Made by a program: the position numbers and the translations under genes. A stretch of 62,974 bases of DNA, filler included, from Globobulimina sp. (lineage: Eukaryota): assembly GCA_003354225.1 (NCBI GenBank). It is 26 parts of 26 records of this genome, joined end to end, with 100 filler letters (N's around TTAATTAATTAA, not from the genome) between each part and the next. Parts side by side here need not be neighbours in the genome. Positions count along the whole stretch, not along the records: positions 60,651 to 62,974 come from PIVH01007381.1; 25 more parts are not named here. One strand, 5' to 3'. This document shows, in pieces, positions 61,694 to 62,974 of the stretch. The notes beneath the pieces were generated by a model that did not search any database, was not told the origin of the DNA, and saw nothing but the letters and a program-made list of their open reading frames with translations. Each line of letters opens with the position of its first letter. Position 1 is the stretch's first letter.

Positions 61694-62941
61694 TTAACAT
61701 TTTATTTTTTTATTCGGATTTATTATTATCAGTGATTCATCTGAAGATGCCAATACATAATCAATATATGATGTTTTCTCCACTTTAAGTTCTTTTTCTT
61801 TGTCCAAACAATATGGTGTCAAAATATAATGTGTCTCAATTGCATCTGGCAAACATTGTTTATTTACATTGGATCCAAAACAATATACATTATTTTTATT
61901 TGATAACAACAAACTATGATTCAAGCCACACGCTGCATGGATAATAAATTCATTTGATACTGCTAAATATGGTTCACTTATTCTAGTATACTGCGTTGAT
62001 TTATATCCTGTACCACATTGACCATAATCATTTTTTCCAAATGAATAACAATTACCATCCATACTTATTATTAATGAGTGATAACTTCCGGAGCAAATCT
62101 GTTTTATTTTGATATTATTTTGTCCAAAATATGACATTATCGGATTAGTATAATATGGTGATCCACCAAACATTACTAACTCATTATTTTTATTTAATAA
62201 TAGAGTCTCCAATGAATGTGACCAGCCAACAGCTATTTGTATTATATTTTGATAAATCAATACGGGTTTTAGCGTATAGTCTGTCGCAGTCACTCGATGG
62301 CCGCATGCGTATACATTGCTGTTTGAACTTAAAAACAAAGAAAACCCATCACCACATTGTATATCTATTAATGTTTCTTTTTCATTCCAAAATCTCGGAA
62401 TTGGCGCTAATTTTTGCGGCCAATCTGTTTTTTGACCATTTCCTAATTCGCCATTATTGTTAGGGCCATTGCCATATAATTTATTATTCTTTGCATAAAT
62501 AAATGTGTGACCATTACCGATCCCTTTTGATAATAAAATCACTTTTTCACTATTATTTTCCAATGAAACATGTATTAAATGTCCTTGTGTTGGATCACCA
62601 AATCCCATATGAATATGATACAGCATTGCTATCCTAGCTTTTTGTCCGGATATATATAATTTATTATATTGATTAATAACCATAATACATTGGCGGTTCA
62701 TGTATATATTCTTGTAATGCGGCGTAATGTTTGCTAATTCTCTTAATTCTTTCCATTCACATAATTTTGTTTCAGTTCCTATTGATAATTGTCCATAGGT
62801 ATTATTGCCACAGCCAAGAATCTTATATTTAGTATTAAAATTTGTTATTAACTTCATGATATTGAAAGGAATGATTATATTTGTTTCATTTTGATGACCC
62901 CTGCAGTATCCAAACGAAACAAGTTCATTTGAAGGGTCCAT
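61694..62941 (-). CDS. RCC1-repeat protein with N-terminal GYCR...IP motif
   Basis: GCGNNTYGQL, IQCGDGFSLFL, ICSGSYHSLII...YSFGKNDYGQCG, ACGLNHSLLL...YCFGSNVNKQC. Confidence 0.92.
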   Translation of the reverse strand: MDPSNELVSFGYCRGHQNETNIIIPFNIMKLITNFNTKYKILGCGNNTYGQLSIGTETKLCEWKELRELANITPHYKNIYMNRQCIMVINQYNKLYISGQKARIAMLYHIHMGFGDPTQGHLIHVSLENNSEKVILLSKGIGNGHTFIYAKNNKLYGNGPNNNGELGNGQKTDWPQKLAPIPRFWNEKETLIDIQCGDGFSLFLSSNSNVYACGHRVTATDYTLKPVLIYQNIIQIAVGWSHSLETLLLNKNNELVMFGGSPYYTNPIMSYFGQNNIKIKQICSGSYHSLIISMDGNCYSFGKNDYGQCGTGYKSTQYTRISEPYLAVSNEFIIHAACGLNHSLLLSNKNNVYCFGSNVNKQCLPDAIETHYILTPYCLDKEKELKVEKTSYIDYVLASSDESLIIINPNKKIKC

Positions 62942-62974
62942 GTTCTATATCGAAAAGGATTTTCTATTTATTTT

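Overview
This window is not a continuous locus. It is 26 unrelated contigs of 2,324-2,328 bp, sorted by length and joined by 100-nt linkers (44 N + TTAATTAATTAA + 44 N), so gene neighbourhoods mean something only within a contig. The DNA is from an AT-rich, very gene-dense eukaryote using the standard genetic code, with short GT-AG introns (mostly 48-65 nt). The gene-family profile suggests a foraminiferan/Reticulomyxa-like rhizarian (inference). Recognisable genes: Ras GTPase, cyclin Y-like, thioredoxin, GT8 glycosyltransferase, ankyrin-BTB, MATH-SAM, cytochrome P450, amino-acid transporter, GH18, cAMP-receptor-like GPCR, TRP-like channel, beta-tubulin, Kelch and RCC1 proteins, MYND, AP mu subunit, RING-TRAF, SSNA1, CCCH zinc-finger proteins and a kinase. 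There is also a decayed Ty1/copia element and a tRNA-Ala pseudogene. The most interesting items are: an intron-containing rhodanese-DsrE sulfur-transfer fusion; an ADP-ribosyltransferase-like gene with H-S-E in place of R-S-E; a recurring GY(I/C)R...IP..I motif attached to different substrate-binding folds; a GH18 with an N-for-D catalytic change and C-terminal HKEL; a contig with 119-bp terminal direct repeats; a >670-codon ORF missed by the ORF track; and several bacterial fragments fused to contig ends (probable amplification or assembly chimeras). All family assignments are by eye from motifs; no database searches were run.
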